A program made the position numbers and the translations under genes. DNA of 48,167 nucleotides from Nitrospinota bacterium (GTDB lineage Bacteria > UBA8248). Numbering within the stretch: position 1 is the stretch's first letter; every line of letters starts with the position of its first letter. This document shows, in pieces, positions 36,722 through 45,645 of this stretch. The notes under the pieces were generated by a model, which did no database searches, had not been told where the DNA came from, and worked only from the letters and a program-made list of their open reading frames with translations. The stretch covers positions 1 to 48,167 of the forward strand of contig JAPPHK010000240.1 of NCBI GenBank assembly GCA_028820795.1, written 5' to 3'.

Positions 36722-37504
36722 TTATTCTCCGGTAAAAACAGGCTTCCTCTTCTCTTTGAACGCCGCCAGCGCCTCGGCGAAATCCTTGGTGTGATTCAAC
36801 GGCAACCTGAGGGCATTGGAAAACTCGATGGCCTGGCTGAGCGGCATATCGAGAGTTTGATCGATCGCTTTTTTCGCGCTCCGTACTCCCAAAGGGCCGT
36901 TGTCTCTAATCCTCTCCGCCATAGTAGTGGCTTCATCCATCAGTACATCCAGCGGATGCGCTCTGTTCACCAAACCGATGCGCTCCGCTTCTTTTCCATC
37001 GATTCTCTTGCTCGTGAAAACCAACTCTTTCGCCTGGCCGGCCGGCATGATTCTTTGAAGCCAGACTACGCCGCCTGCCCCGGGGAAGATGCCCAGGCTG
37101 CATTCCGGAAAACAAATAGTGGCTTCTTCAGCAGCCAGCCTGATATCGCATACCAAGGTAATTTCAACGCCCCAGCCGAATGTGTGGCCATTGATGGCGG
37201 CGATGGTGGGCATGGGCAAGCGTTCCCATAACGACGTTGCCGACATCACATAGCGCTGGTATTGATCGGCCATCTCCTTCGTATGCGTTGCGCTTTCTTT
37301 CAGGTCGCGGCCGGTGCTGAAACCACGTCCCTCTCCAGTGAGAATAACCACCCGCACATTTTGCGCGTCGGCCAAAGTTCGCGCCAATTCCACGAATTCT
37401 TCCGCCATCTTGAAACTGATTGCGTTCAGACTATCCGGACGGTCGAACTTCACTACCGCCAATCCATCTTTTTCCGTATAGGTTAACGTTTCAAATTCGC
37501 GCAC
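36722..37504 (-). CDS. Enoyl-CoA hydratase/isomerase (crotonase) family protein, copy 1
   Basis: Motifs VKFDRPDSLNA, LTGEGRGFSTGRDLKE and AAINGHTFGWGVEITLVCDIRLA are present. The GTG start has AGGAGAGGG upstream. Confidence 0.8.
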   Translation of the reverse strand: MREFETLTYTEKDGLAVVKFDRPDSLNAISFKMAEEFVELARTLADAQNVRVVILTGEGRGFSTGRDLKESATHTKEMADQYQRYVMSATSLWERLPMPTIAAINGHTFGWGVEITLVCDIRLAAEEATICFPECSLGIFPGAGGVVWLQRIMPAGQAKELVFTSKRIDGKEAERIGLVNRAHPLDVLMDEATTMAERIRDNGPLGVRSAKKAIDQTLDMPLSQAIEFSNALRLPLNHTKDFAEALAAFKEKRKPVFTGE

Positions 37505-37545
37505 ACGCCCTCTCCTGGGAAATACTAAATTACTCTAAATTTGAA

Positions 37546-38088
37546 TCAGCTTTTCAGGTGGCTGGCTACTTCTTCGACAAACTTCAGCGTCGTGTCTCTC
37601 ATTTCATCAGCCTGCAAATTACTGACCGGGTGAGGCAACTGAATATAGGGATGCCCTTCCATGCCCTTGCCACGGAACTGAAAGTCCGCCGCGTTCTTGA
37701 ACGCCTCGGTGATGATGGTCGTTGAAGGGACGCCCCGTTTTTCAAATTCAACCGTGTCGTGCACACTGCACAACGTGCAGGAGCCTCAGCCTCCCAAAGC
37801 GGCTATCGCCACATCCACCTCCTGGGCCATTTCTTCGATCATTTCATCAGTGGCCGGCTTCGAGTAATGCTCTTTGCGCCTCGATACGACTCTGGCCACG
37901 TCGTATTGCTCGCGTAGGGCATTCCCCAGGGTTTCCAAAATGATATCCGCTTGCTCCTTGGTGTTATCGAGGAGTCCCACCACCTTTCCCGAAAGATCGC
38001 CGGGCCGTTGCGCAAGCTCGATTCGTGCGGCCGACCCTCCCGCTGTCGGATCGATGAATCCCATTCCGTTCGCCATGGTTTTCTCCAT
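37546..38088 (-). CDS. UGSC-motif selenoprotein candidate (U-x-x-C), split into two ORFs by TGA in the ORF track
   Basis: ORFs 37786-38088 and 37546-37773 are in the same frame. Read through the TGA (37786-37788), the junction is ...VAIAALGG-U-GSCTLCSVHDTVEFEKRG.... The M of the second ORF is an internal TTG Leu codon. ATG 38076 (GGAG upstream) is an alternative start. Confidence 0.7.
37756..37774 (-). promoter_or_regulatory. Candidate bacterial SECIS-like hairpin downstream of the UGSC TGA
   Basis: On the coding strand there is an 8-bp stem (one strand-specific G-U pair) with apical GUG, spanning +12 to +30 after the TGA. An alternative 6-bp hairpin spans +6 to +20. Confidence 0.4.
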
Positions 38089-38270
38089 ATAATATGTGAA
38101 TTCAACCGGACTTAAATCATATCCCGCAATTCATTCCTTGTCTACGATATCAGCCTATTCGTTATTTCCATGAATATGCGAATGTTGGTTTATCCGCTTC
38201 TCAGATTCGCCAAATTTTGGCAAAATCAAGTCTAATTTACGGAAAACCTCTTACCTTAAGGAGCAGACAA

Positions 38271-40532
38271 ATGGCCGATTACGATATCATCGGCAAGTCG
38301 AATGTTCGATACGACGCGATTCCAAAAGCTGATGGCTCCATGCCTTATGGAGAAGACGCGATACCCGCTGGCGCCCTGCTGTGCGGCGTACTGTTTACGC
38401 CCATCCCCGTAGGCCGCTTGAAAAAACTCGACACCTCAAAAGCCGAAAAAATCCCAGGCGTAGCCGCCATTCTGACTGCAAAGGATATTCCGGGCACAAA
38501 CGCGCGATTCAGCTCCGGCACGCCGGGCCTGCCCCATCAGCCAGTGCTGGTGGAAGACAAGATTGAATTCACCGGAGATGCCCTCGCTATCGTTGGCGCC
38601 GAAAACAGAGAAGCGCTTGATGCCGCAATATCGGCAATCGAAGTGGAAATCGAGTCGGAAGAGGGCGTGTGGACAACGCGTCACGATGAAACAAGCGCCG
38701 AAAAACGACAAGCGTGTGACTTTGAAGCTACCCGCGGAGACGTAAAGAGAGCGTTTGACGAAGCCGATGTGGTGATTGAGAAAACATACACTACGCAACT
38801 CGCTGAACACGCCTTCCTGGAACCCGCTTCCGGTACTTCCTGGATGGAGGAAGACGGCGTCATCACCATCCGCGTCGGAACCCAACTCATTGAATACTAT
38901 CGCGCCATTGCGGCGATTTTAGGAATCTCGCATAGCCGCGTCCGCCACCTCGGCACTTATGTCGGCGGCGGATTCGGCGCCAAGGGCATGTTGACTGTAG
39001 AGCCTTACCTGGCGCTGCTCACCTGGCATACGCAAAGGCCCGCCGTCATGGTGCTGGGTCGCGAGCACGGCATCAGAAATACCTCGAAAAAACATCCTTT
39101 CTATATGAGATACAAAACAGGAGCGACCAAGGACGGGAAAATCCTTGCCGTAGAAGCGGATATCGTGGGCGATGCAGGCGCCTATCCGTACAAATCCAAT
39201 CTATTCCTCTTGGGCGCGATGTGCATCGCCGCAGGCCCTTACGATGTCCCCAACGCAAAAATTCGCGCCCACGGCTATCTCACCAACAATCCCATCACGA
39301 ACGCGATGCGCGGTGTAGGGTCGAACCAGGTTTGCTTCGCATATGAGACTCAAATGGACCTGGTGGCGGACGCCATCGGGATGGATAAATACGAATTCCG
39401 GCGGAAAAATTTCATCCAGAAGGGCCAGGAACTGCCGACCGGGCAGAAAATTCCTTATGAACCGAACCTGGAAGGATGTCTCGACAGTGCGCTTCAGGCC
39501 TTGGGTGATCCCGCAGAACCAGGCCCGGGAAAACGCATTGGCAGGGCGGCGGCAGCGAACATCACTGGTTACGGAAGACCGCATGACGATGCGAATGCGG
39601 CGGTTCACCTCGAGCCGGATGGCAGCGCCGTTGTTCGCGTGAGCGCGCCGGACATAGGCGCCGGCCAGGGCGCTACGCTTCAAAGCATCACGGCTGAAAC
39701 CCTCGGGCTCAGGCTCGACCAGGTATCCACCCGCCTGTCAGATTCCGCCACAACACCACTCTCGGGAATCACGGCAGGTTCCCGCCAAACACTCATGGCG
39801 GGGCACGCTGTTCGACTTGCCGCAGACGAGGTACGGAAAGCCGTGACCAAAGGCGCAGCTGCGTTACTTGAAGCTGCAGAGGAGGACATTCGCCTTGGAG
39901 GTGGTGAGGCTTGGGTGGCGTCCGCTCCCGAGAGAAGACTCGGCATCGGTGCAGCTGCTGGCGAAGCGAAAAAAATGGGTGAAGCGCTACATTGCACCCA
40001 TGGCTACAACATGCCGGGACATGAGTACGAGAATCCGGAGCGATACATGAACGGCATGGGCGGATGGTCGGACTACACCTTTGGTGTTCATGCAAGTGAA
40101 GTGGAAGTCGACATCGAGACCGGCGAAGTGAATCTCTTGAAGCACGTCGCTTCCCACGATGTCGGACGAGCGCTGAATCCTCAAAGTGTTGAGGGGCAAT
40201 TCGAAGGCGGCGCGGTGATGGGGATTGGTTATGCGCTGCATGAGGAAATCACCATGGTGGAAGGTGACTGTCGATCACAAAGCTTCCACGAGTACCTGAT
40301 CCCTACTTCATCGGATATCGGCGAGTTTGAGTGTGTTGTTCTTGAATGTGGGGAGGGCGCAGGCCCATATGGTGCACGAGGCGTCGGAGAGCCTCCTTGC
40401 AATAATGCGCCGGCCGCCGTTGCTCTTGCCATCAATGATGCGATAGGCACGGAAGTCTACGATTTACCCATCACGCCCGAACGTGTTTGCTGGGCAGTCA
40501 CGAAGAAAAACGGTAAAAGCAACGGCCATTAA
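38271..40532 (+). CDS. Xanthine dehydrogenase / aldehyde oxidase family molybdopterin-binding subunit
   Basis: An N-terminal a/b-hammerhead-like segment (...LLCGVLFTPIPVGRLKKLDTSKAEKIPGVAAILTAKDIPG) and a C-terminal GARGVGEPP active-site context are present. AAGGAG lies upstream of ATG 38271; the ORF-track start is 38217. Confidence 0.85.
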   Translation: MADYDIIGKSNVRYDAIPKADGSMPYGEDAIPAGALLCGVLFTPIPVGRLKKLDTSKAEKIPGVAAILTAKDIPGTNARFSSGTPGLPHQPVLVEDKIEFTGDALAIVGAENREALDAAISAIEVEIESEEGVWTTRHDETSAEKRQACDFEATRGDVKRAFDEADVVIEKTYTTQLAEHAFLEPASGTSWMEEDGVITIRVGTQLIEYYRAIAAILGISHSRVRHLGTYVGGGFGAKGMLTVEPYLALLTWHTQRPAVMVLGREHGIRNTSKKHPFYMRYKTGATKDGKILAVEADIVGDAGAYPYKSNLFLLGAMCIAAGPYDVPNAKIRAHGYLTNNPITNAMRGVGSNQVCFAYETQMDLVADAIGMDKYEFRRKNFIQKGQELPTGQKIPYEPNLEGCLDSALQALGDPAEPGPGKRIGRAAAANITGYGRPHDDANAAVHLEPDGSAVVRVSAPDIGAGQGATLQSITAETLGLRLDQVSTRLSDSATTPLSGITAGSRQTLMAGHAVRLAADEVRKAVTKGAAALLEAAEEDIRLGGGEAWVASAPERRLGIGAAAGEAKKMGEALHCTHGYNMPGHEYENPERYMNGMGGWSDYTFGVHASEVEVDIETGEVNLLKHVASHDVGRALNPQSVEGQFEGGAVMGIGYALHEEITMVEGDCRSQSFHEYLIPTSSDIGEFECVVLECGEGAGPYGARGVGEPPCNNAPAAVALAINDAIGTEVYDLPITPERVCWAVTKKNGKSNGH

Positions 40533-40546
40533 CAGACGTTAATCAC

Positions 40547-40580
40547 AAAAGAGCCCCGGCATTATTGTCGGGGCTCTTTT
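40547..40580. terminator. Bidirectional rho-independent terminator between convergent genes
   Basis: The sequence AAAAGAGCCCCG-(10 nt)-CGGGGCTCTTTT has A/T tracts on both sides, 15 nt after the stop of the molybdopterin-subunit gene. Confidence 0.8.
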
Positions 40581-40709
40581 CTAAGGAAACGTGCCCTGCA
40601 TTTTTTTTATAGCAATAAGCTGACCGAATAGAATCTGTTCGAAATTTTGGTATGCCGTAGATGTTGTTGAAAATCAGGCCTGCCGCTGATCATCACTTAG
40701 ATAAAATTT

Positions 40710-41729
40710 TTACACATCAAATTTTTTTGTAACCGCTCGACACGCCACGGTAATTCCGTGCATGACCATACTCGAAGGCGAACCCATGCTTCCAGCAACC
40801 AATAAATGAAGATCGTCAGGATCTCCAACCACAGGCACAAAAAAACTGTCATCATTTACATTCACGGGAAACGGCCAGCGATCCGCGCCTTTCTCGCCTC
40901 TCCAGATGCCGCCGCGCTTTATATTCCCTATAGTGCGCCCACCCATTTCTAATAATTGTTGATGAACATCACTGCGAGTCAGCCCGGCGTCGGCGCACAG
41001 GTGCGCATGTTGCGCGCCCAGAACAACCGCCATATCTGCTTGCCGATACATATTTGGCCCACCCAATGCGGACATCATATCGGCAACCGTTGTAAGAAGA
41101 CGGTCAGGAGTCAGGCTCGCATCGTCCCATACCTGCACCGGTCCTTCGAGAGGAATCATGGTCACCACGTTATCGCTCTCCGAAAACCCTTTCGATTCCG
41201 CATACGACTCCCAAGGCGATTCCTCCTCGTTCTCCCGGATGCAAAAAGTGTTTCGCCAAGGGCCGCCAAAACCGCCGAGACAGGTAATTCCGGGAATACC
41301 ACCTCCCACATTCATCATGATGAGCCTCACGGCACGGCCGATAGTCAGGTTTGCGCGAAATCCGGGGCCCATGCAGCCCACGCCGCCATGCATCCCGATT
41401 TCTCTGGCGTAGGGGCCATTGACCAACAGAAAAGGCGCGCCCGCGCTCGTCGTTGCCTGAATCAGGTTTACGTTAAAACGCTCATCAAGAAGCGCTTCCA
41501 GTCCCGCTATCAACACCGGCATGTATTCAGGCTTGCAGCCCGCCATCACGGCATGGGCCGCCACGCCTTGGATGCTGAGTTCCCCACCCGCCGGTGCGAC
41601 ATGACCGAGTACTTCGCTCGGCTCCCTTGTCGTTCCCGAGAGCATCAAAGCGATTCTCTCATCCGTGGGCGTCACGACAGGCAGGCCGTCCGACCATTCC
41701 TTGTCAAAGAAAAACTCGAATTCATCCAT
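40710..41729 (-). CDS. Uncharacterised conserved protein, tandem paralog 1 of 4
   Basis: The 339-aa protein starts MDEFEFFFDKEWSDGLPVVTPTDERI. It shares HAVMAGCKPEYMPV and NGPYAREIGMHGGVGCMGPGFRANLTIGRAVRL blocks with the next three genes. GAGGAAG lies upstream. Confidence 0.75.
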   Translation of the reverse strand: MDEFEFFFDKEWSDGLPVVTPTDERIALMLSGTTREPSEVLGHVAPAGGELSIQGVAAHAVMAGCKPEYMPVLIAGLEALLDERFNVNLIQATTSAGAPFLLVNGPYAREIGMHGGVGCMGPGFRANLTIGRAVRLIMMNVGGGIPGITCLGGFGGPWRNTFCIRENEEESPWESYAESKGFSESDNVVTMIPLEGPVQVWDDASLTPDRLLTTVADMMSALGGPNMYRQADMAVVLGAQHAHLCADAGLTRSDVHQQLLEMGGRTIGNIKRGGIWRGEKGADRWPFPVNVNDDSFFVPVVGDPDDLHLLVAGSMGSPSSMVMHGITVACRAVTKKFDV

Positions 41730-41764
41730 GCATTCTTCCTCAGAAGCAAACCTGGCGGAATGGC

Positions 41765-42781
41765 TTATGGTTGATAGCCAGACGATATCGCCTCACTGCC
41801 ATCCACCCAACCAGGCATAACGGCCGTCACCGGCCCGGGCGTACCCCCTGCGACGAGAAGTATCAGATCATCTTCATCCTTAACCGCCGGAACCAGAAAC
41901 GAATCATCTTGCAGATCCGCGTCAATTGGCCACTTGGCTATCATCTCCTCACGCCAATAGCCCGACTTTTTCAGCTCTCCCAAAGGTCGGCGCGCAAGTT
42001 CCATAATTCGGCGATGGACATCTTTTTTCCCCAATCCAGCATCCGAACACATACGCGCATGATCCGGCCCCAAAGCAACTACAACTTGGGTTTTCAGCCA
42101 GATGTTCAACGAACCTAAAGTGGATATTTTATCCGCTAATCCTACGAAAAAAGATTCCGGCTCCTTGGAATAATCATCGATATATCCTTGAGGCGCCTCC
42201 GTCATCACGGCGGTTACGACATCGTCATCCTGTTGGAACCCTCTCGTGACGGACAACGGCTCCCAGGGACTTTCCGCTTCATTCTCGGCGATACAAAAAG
42301 TATACCTGGCGGGTGAGCCGAACGTACTCATCGAGGCAAAAACCGGCACACCGCCGCCCAGGTTCATGAGAATCAGCCGGATGGCGCGACCAATCGTCGC
42401 ATTCGCCCGAAAACCCGGGCCAAAGCATCCCGTGCCTCCATGCAGGCCGATTTTTTGCGCATAAGGGCCATTCACGATAATTAGAGGTGCTGCGCTATGC
42501 ATGGTGCCTTGTACGCCGTTCAGGTTGAGTTTCGGCGCAAGAAGCGCTTTAAGACCAGCAATAACGACGGGCAAAAACGAAGGCTCACACCCCGCCATCA
42601 CGGCGTGCGCGGCTATCGCTTCGACGCTGGCTTCCCCCATGAGGGGCGGAACCAAGCCAAGGACTTCCGAAGCCCCGTGTCTTGTGCCCGAGAGCATGTT
42701 CGTAATTCGTTCTTGGGTCGGGGGAACAATCGGCAAACCGTCCGACCAGGATTTTTGAAAGAAAAACTCGAATTCATCCAT
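41765..42781 (-). CDS. Uncharacterised conserved protein, tandem paralog 2 of 4
   Basis: The 338-aa protein starts MDEFEFFFQKSWSDGLPIVPPTQERI and carries the same conserved blocks. Confidence 0.75.
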   Translation of the reverse strand: MDEFEFFFQKSWSDGLPIVPPTQERITNMLSGTRHGASEVLGLVPPLMGEASVEAIAAHAVMAGCEPSFLPVVIAGLKALLAPKLNLNGVQGTMHSAAPLIIVNGPYAQKIGLHGGTGCFGPGFRANATIGRAIRLILMNLGGGVPVFASMSTFGSPARYTFCIAENEAESPWEPLSVTRGFQQDDDVVTAVMTEAPQGYIDDYSKEPESFFVGLADKISTLGSLNIWLKTQVVVALGPDHARMCSDAGLGKKDVHRRIMELARRPLGELKKSGYWREEMIAKWPIDADLQDDSFLVPAVKDEDDLILLVAGGTPGPVTAVMPGWVDGSEAISSGYQP

Positions 42782-42822
42782 GGGAATATGACACCGCTTT
42801 ACCTGTCATTGCGGCCGCGGCG

Positions 42823-43857
42823 CTAGACCTCATAGGCGCCATGAACGGCCCGGCTGCCACCGCTCCAACCATGGCAGACAGCGCTGCCCGATCCCCAGCC
42901 GCCTGCAACGATCAAGTGCAGATCACGTGAGTCCTTGATGACGGGAACGAAAAATTCGTCGTCATCGGGGTCCACATGAATATACATATCCAGGGCGCGC
43001 TCTCGCCGCCAGTTACCGCCTCTTTTCAACTCCTTCACTTTGTGACCGGCCAACTCGCATAGACGCCGATGCACGTCTGCGCGCGCGAGGCCTCCCTCGG
43101 AACAAATTTTCGCATGCTGGGGATTCATGGCGACAACCATATCGGTCCTGGGCGCGTGCATGTTCCAGGAACCCAAACCCGTCATCGCATCGGCGATTCC
43201 TCTTAGCAGCCTCTCGGGCTCCTCGCTGACGTCATCGAAGGTCAGGCGTGGGCTTTCCACCATGGCCATGGTGATTACATTCTCGTCCGTCCCGTATCCT
43301 CTCGATTCAGCGAGCGTCTCCCAGGGGTGAAACTGGAGGTTCTCGGTGACGCACGCGGTATAACGCAACGGCGTGCCGAAAATCGTCATGGAAGAAACGC
43401 CCGGGATGCCCCCGCCTAAGTTCATTAAAATCAGGCGGATCGCGCGGCCAACGCTAGCGTTGGCCCTGAAACCGGGACCAAAACAGCCATTGCCCCCGTG
43501 AATACCGATTTCCTGCGAATAAGGGCCGTTCACGATCATCAACGGCGCTACGCCGTGCATCGTACCCTGCACGCCGTTCATGTTGAATTCATCGAGAAGC
43601 ATAAGCGAAGTGGCACCGAGTACGACCGGCAGATATTCCGGCTTACAGCCGGCCATCACCGCATGGACCGCCACGCTATGGACCGTAGCCTCCCCCATGG
43701 CGGGAGGAACTTGGCCTATCAGTTCGGCCGGATTTCTCTTCGTGCCCGAGAGCATGCGCTCGATGCGCTCTTCCGTAGGAGTGACGACGGGCAAGCCGTC
43801 CGACCAGGGTTTTTCCAGAAAAAACTCGAATTCATCCTGAGGATCGCTCAAAACCAT
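42823..43857 (-). CDS. Uncharacterised conserved protein, tandem paralog 3 of 4
   Basis: The 344-aa protein starts MVLSDPQDEFEFFLEKPWSDGLPVVTPTEERI and carries the same conserved blocks. Confidence 0.75.
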   Translation of the reverse strand: MVLSDPQDEFEFFLEKPWSDGLPVVTPTEERIERMLSGTKRNPAELIGQVPPAMGEATVHSVAVHAVMAGCKPEYLPVVLGATSLMLLDEFNMNGVQGTMHGVAPLMIVNGPYSQEIGIHGGNGCFGPGFRANASVGRAIRLILMNLGGGIPGVSSMTIFGTPLRYTACVTENLQFHPWETLAESRGYGTDENVITMAMVESPRLTFDDVSEEPERLLRGIADAMTGLGSWNMHAPRTDMVVAMNPQHAKICSEGGLARADVHRRLCELAGHKVKELKRGGNWRRERALDMYIHVDPDDDEFFVPVIKDSRDLHLIVAGGWGSGSAVCHGWSGGSRAVHGAYEV

Positions 43858-43884
43858 TCACCTCAAAAGATATCGGGGGGCTCA

Positions 43885-44916
43885 TCATGATTCATATGCG
43901 CGGGAAACCGAACGGCTGCTCCCGTTCCAGCCGTGCATCACAGCGGTTATCGGCCCCGGAACGCCGCCCGCCACGATCAAGATCAGCCTTTGGGCCTCTT
44001 TTATCGTCGGAACGAACGCTTCGTCATCTTCCAGATCGACGGGCATCGGGAAGTCTCTGATGCGATTTTCCCGGAAATGTCCCCCCGTTTTCAGTTCGCC
44101 CACCGTGCGGCCGGCGATTTCGCAAAGCTTTCCGTGGACATCCGACTTTGAATACCCCTTCTTTGCGCAAATCGAAGCCTGTTGCGGGCTCATCGCCACC
44201 ACCAAATCCGTGTTGGCCCAACAATTCCACGAACCCAGATGCGACATGGTGTCCGCAATAGAGGGCAACATGCGCTCGGGATCGTCGCTCACGTCATCCC
44301 AGGACATGACGGGACCTTCCACGTGCACGGCGGTGACGACGTTCTCCTCTGCGCCAAAACCCATCGACTGCGCAAGTGACCCCCAGGGGCTTTCCGATTC
44401 ATTCTCGGCGATGCAGTACGTGAACCTCCCCGGTTGTGAGAACGTGCTCATCGAGGTGATGCCCGGTATTCCGCCGCCGATGTTGAGGAGCAAAAGCCTG
44501 ATGGCGCGGCCGATCGTCGCGTTGGCTCTGTTTCCGGGGCCGAAACAGCCGAGACCGCCGTGCAGGCCGATTTCCCTGGCGTAAGGGCCGTTCACGATCA
44601 AAAGGGGCGCCGCGCAGGACAGCGTCGCCTGCACGCCGCCCACGTTGAATTTTTCTTCCAGCATGGCCTCCACGGCTCCGAGGAGAACGGGCATGTACTC
44701 CGGCTTGCATCCGGCCATGACGGCATGAACGGCGATGGTCCGAACGTCCGCCGGCGCCAGAAGCGGCGGTACGTCGCCGATGACTTCGTCCGGGTCGCGG
44801 CTCACCGCCGCCAGCATGAGGCCCAGACGTTCTTCCGTCGGGGGGATGACCGGCAGGCCGTCCGACCAGGGTTTATCGAAGAAATACTCGAACTCGTCCA
44901 CGGGAGGAACGCTCAC
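43885..44916 (-). CDS. Uncharacterised conserved protein, tandem paralog 4 of 4
   Basis: GTG 44916 (GGAGG 6 nt upstream) gives VSVPPVDEFEYFFDKPWSDGLPVIPPTEERL. The ORF-track start at 44979 adds 21 non-homologous residues. This copy is visibly more GC-rich than paralogs 1-3. Confidence 0.7.
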   Translation of the reverse strand: MSVPPVDEFEYFFDKPWSDGLPVIPPTEERLGLMLAAVSRDPDEVIGDVPPLLAPADVRTIAVHAVMAGCKPEYMPVLLGAVEAMLEEKFNVGGVQATLSCAAPLLIVNGPYAREIGLHGGLGCFGPGNRANATIGRAIRLLLLNIGGGIPGITSMSTFSQPGRFTYCIAENESESPWGSLAQSMGFGAEENVVTAVHVEGPVMSWDDVSDDPERMLPSIADTMSHLGSWNCWANTDLVVAMSPQQASICAKKGYSKSDVHGKLCEIAGRTVGELKTGGHFRENRIRDFPMPVDLEDDEAFVPTIKEAQRLILIVAGGVPGPITAVMHGWNGSSRSVSRAYES

Positions 44917-45067
44917 GAAATGCCTCCGGTCAATTATCCGAGGAAAGGGATACGCCTGTTTCGCCGCACAAATATACATGGGCGCTGGACAGATTGCGAG
45001 TCCGTGTCGTTAGAATACGCCCGAGATGCTATCCTCCGTAAACACCTCATTTACAGGAGCTTATACC

Positions 45068-45454
45068 ATGCCGATCTACAGAAATCTCGCCGGCCGTAAC
45101 CAGGGAAAGGCGGCCGACTACGTGACCGCCGACGCCGCGTGGGTCGATGGCGTTCACACCACCATCGGTTACTTCCGCATGGCGGCGCACGGCCATTCCA
45201 ACCCCCACTATCACCACGACGAGCAGTTCCTCTATCTCCTGAAGGGCGGGCTGCGGATCGCCGTGGAAGGAGAGATACTGGAAGCAGCGCCCGGAGATCT
45301 CGTGCAGTTCCGCCCGGGCGAGGTGCACGAGATCATGGCGCTCGACGAACCCGTGGAGCTTCTTCTCACGAGGTCTCCGGCGCGGCCGGGTCTCGAGGTG
45401 CTCGCCGTGACGCCCGAGGGAGCGCGCGCCAGGAGCCTCCTGCGCCCCGAATAG
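45068..45454 (+). CDS. Cupin domain protein
   Basis: The pattern HSNPHYHHDEQFLYLLKGGL ... PGEVHE fits the cupin motifs. AGGAG lies 8 nt upstream of ATG 45068; the ORF-track start is 45026. Confidence 0.65.
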   Translation: MPIYRNLAGRNQGKAADYVTADAAWVDGVHTTIGYFRMAAHGHSNPHYHHDEQFLYLLKGGLRIAVEGEILEAAPGDLVQFRPGEVHEIMALDEPVELLLTRSPARPGLEVLAVTPEGARARSLLRPE

Positions 45455-45645
45455 CCTCATCGGCGCAACGCCAATGTTATCAGCTTGTTTCACGGCATCA
45501 CCATGCGCGGTGCGGCCCGCGGACGGCCCCGTTTCGCCCTCCGCGCGTGAGCCGCTCTCGCCGGAATCCTCCCTGCAGCGTCTCGCCGCCCAGGCGAGTG
45601 CCCGGGATTTCATGCCCGCGAATCCGCGCATCAGCGCGCGAATCA

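Noticed and set aside
38205-38230. TGGCA-containing stretch upstream of the molybdopterin-subunit gene, considered as a sigma-54 promoter.
   Set aside because: No TTGC element lies at the required -12 spacing.
40956-41774. 272-aa ORF and further 80-180-aa ORFs antisense to the four tandem paralogs, and ORF 36063-36707 antisense to crotonase 2.
   Set aside because: These are shadow ORFs opposite well-supported genes. They are Arg/His-rich with no family resemblance.
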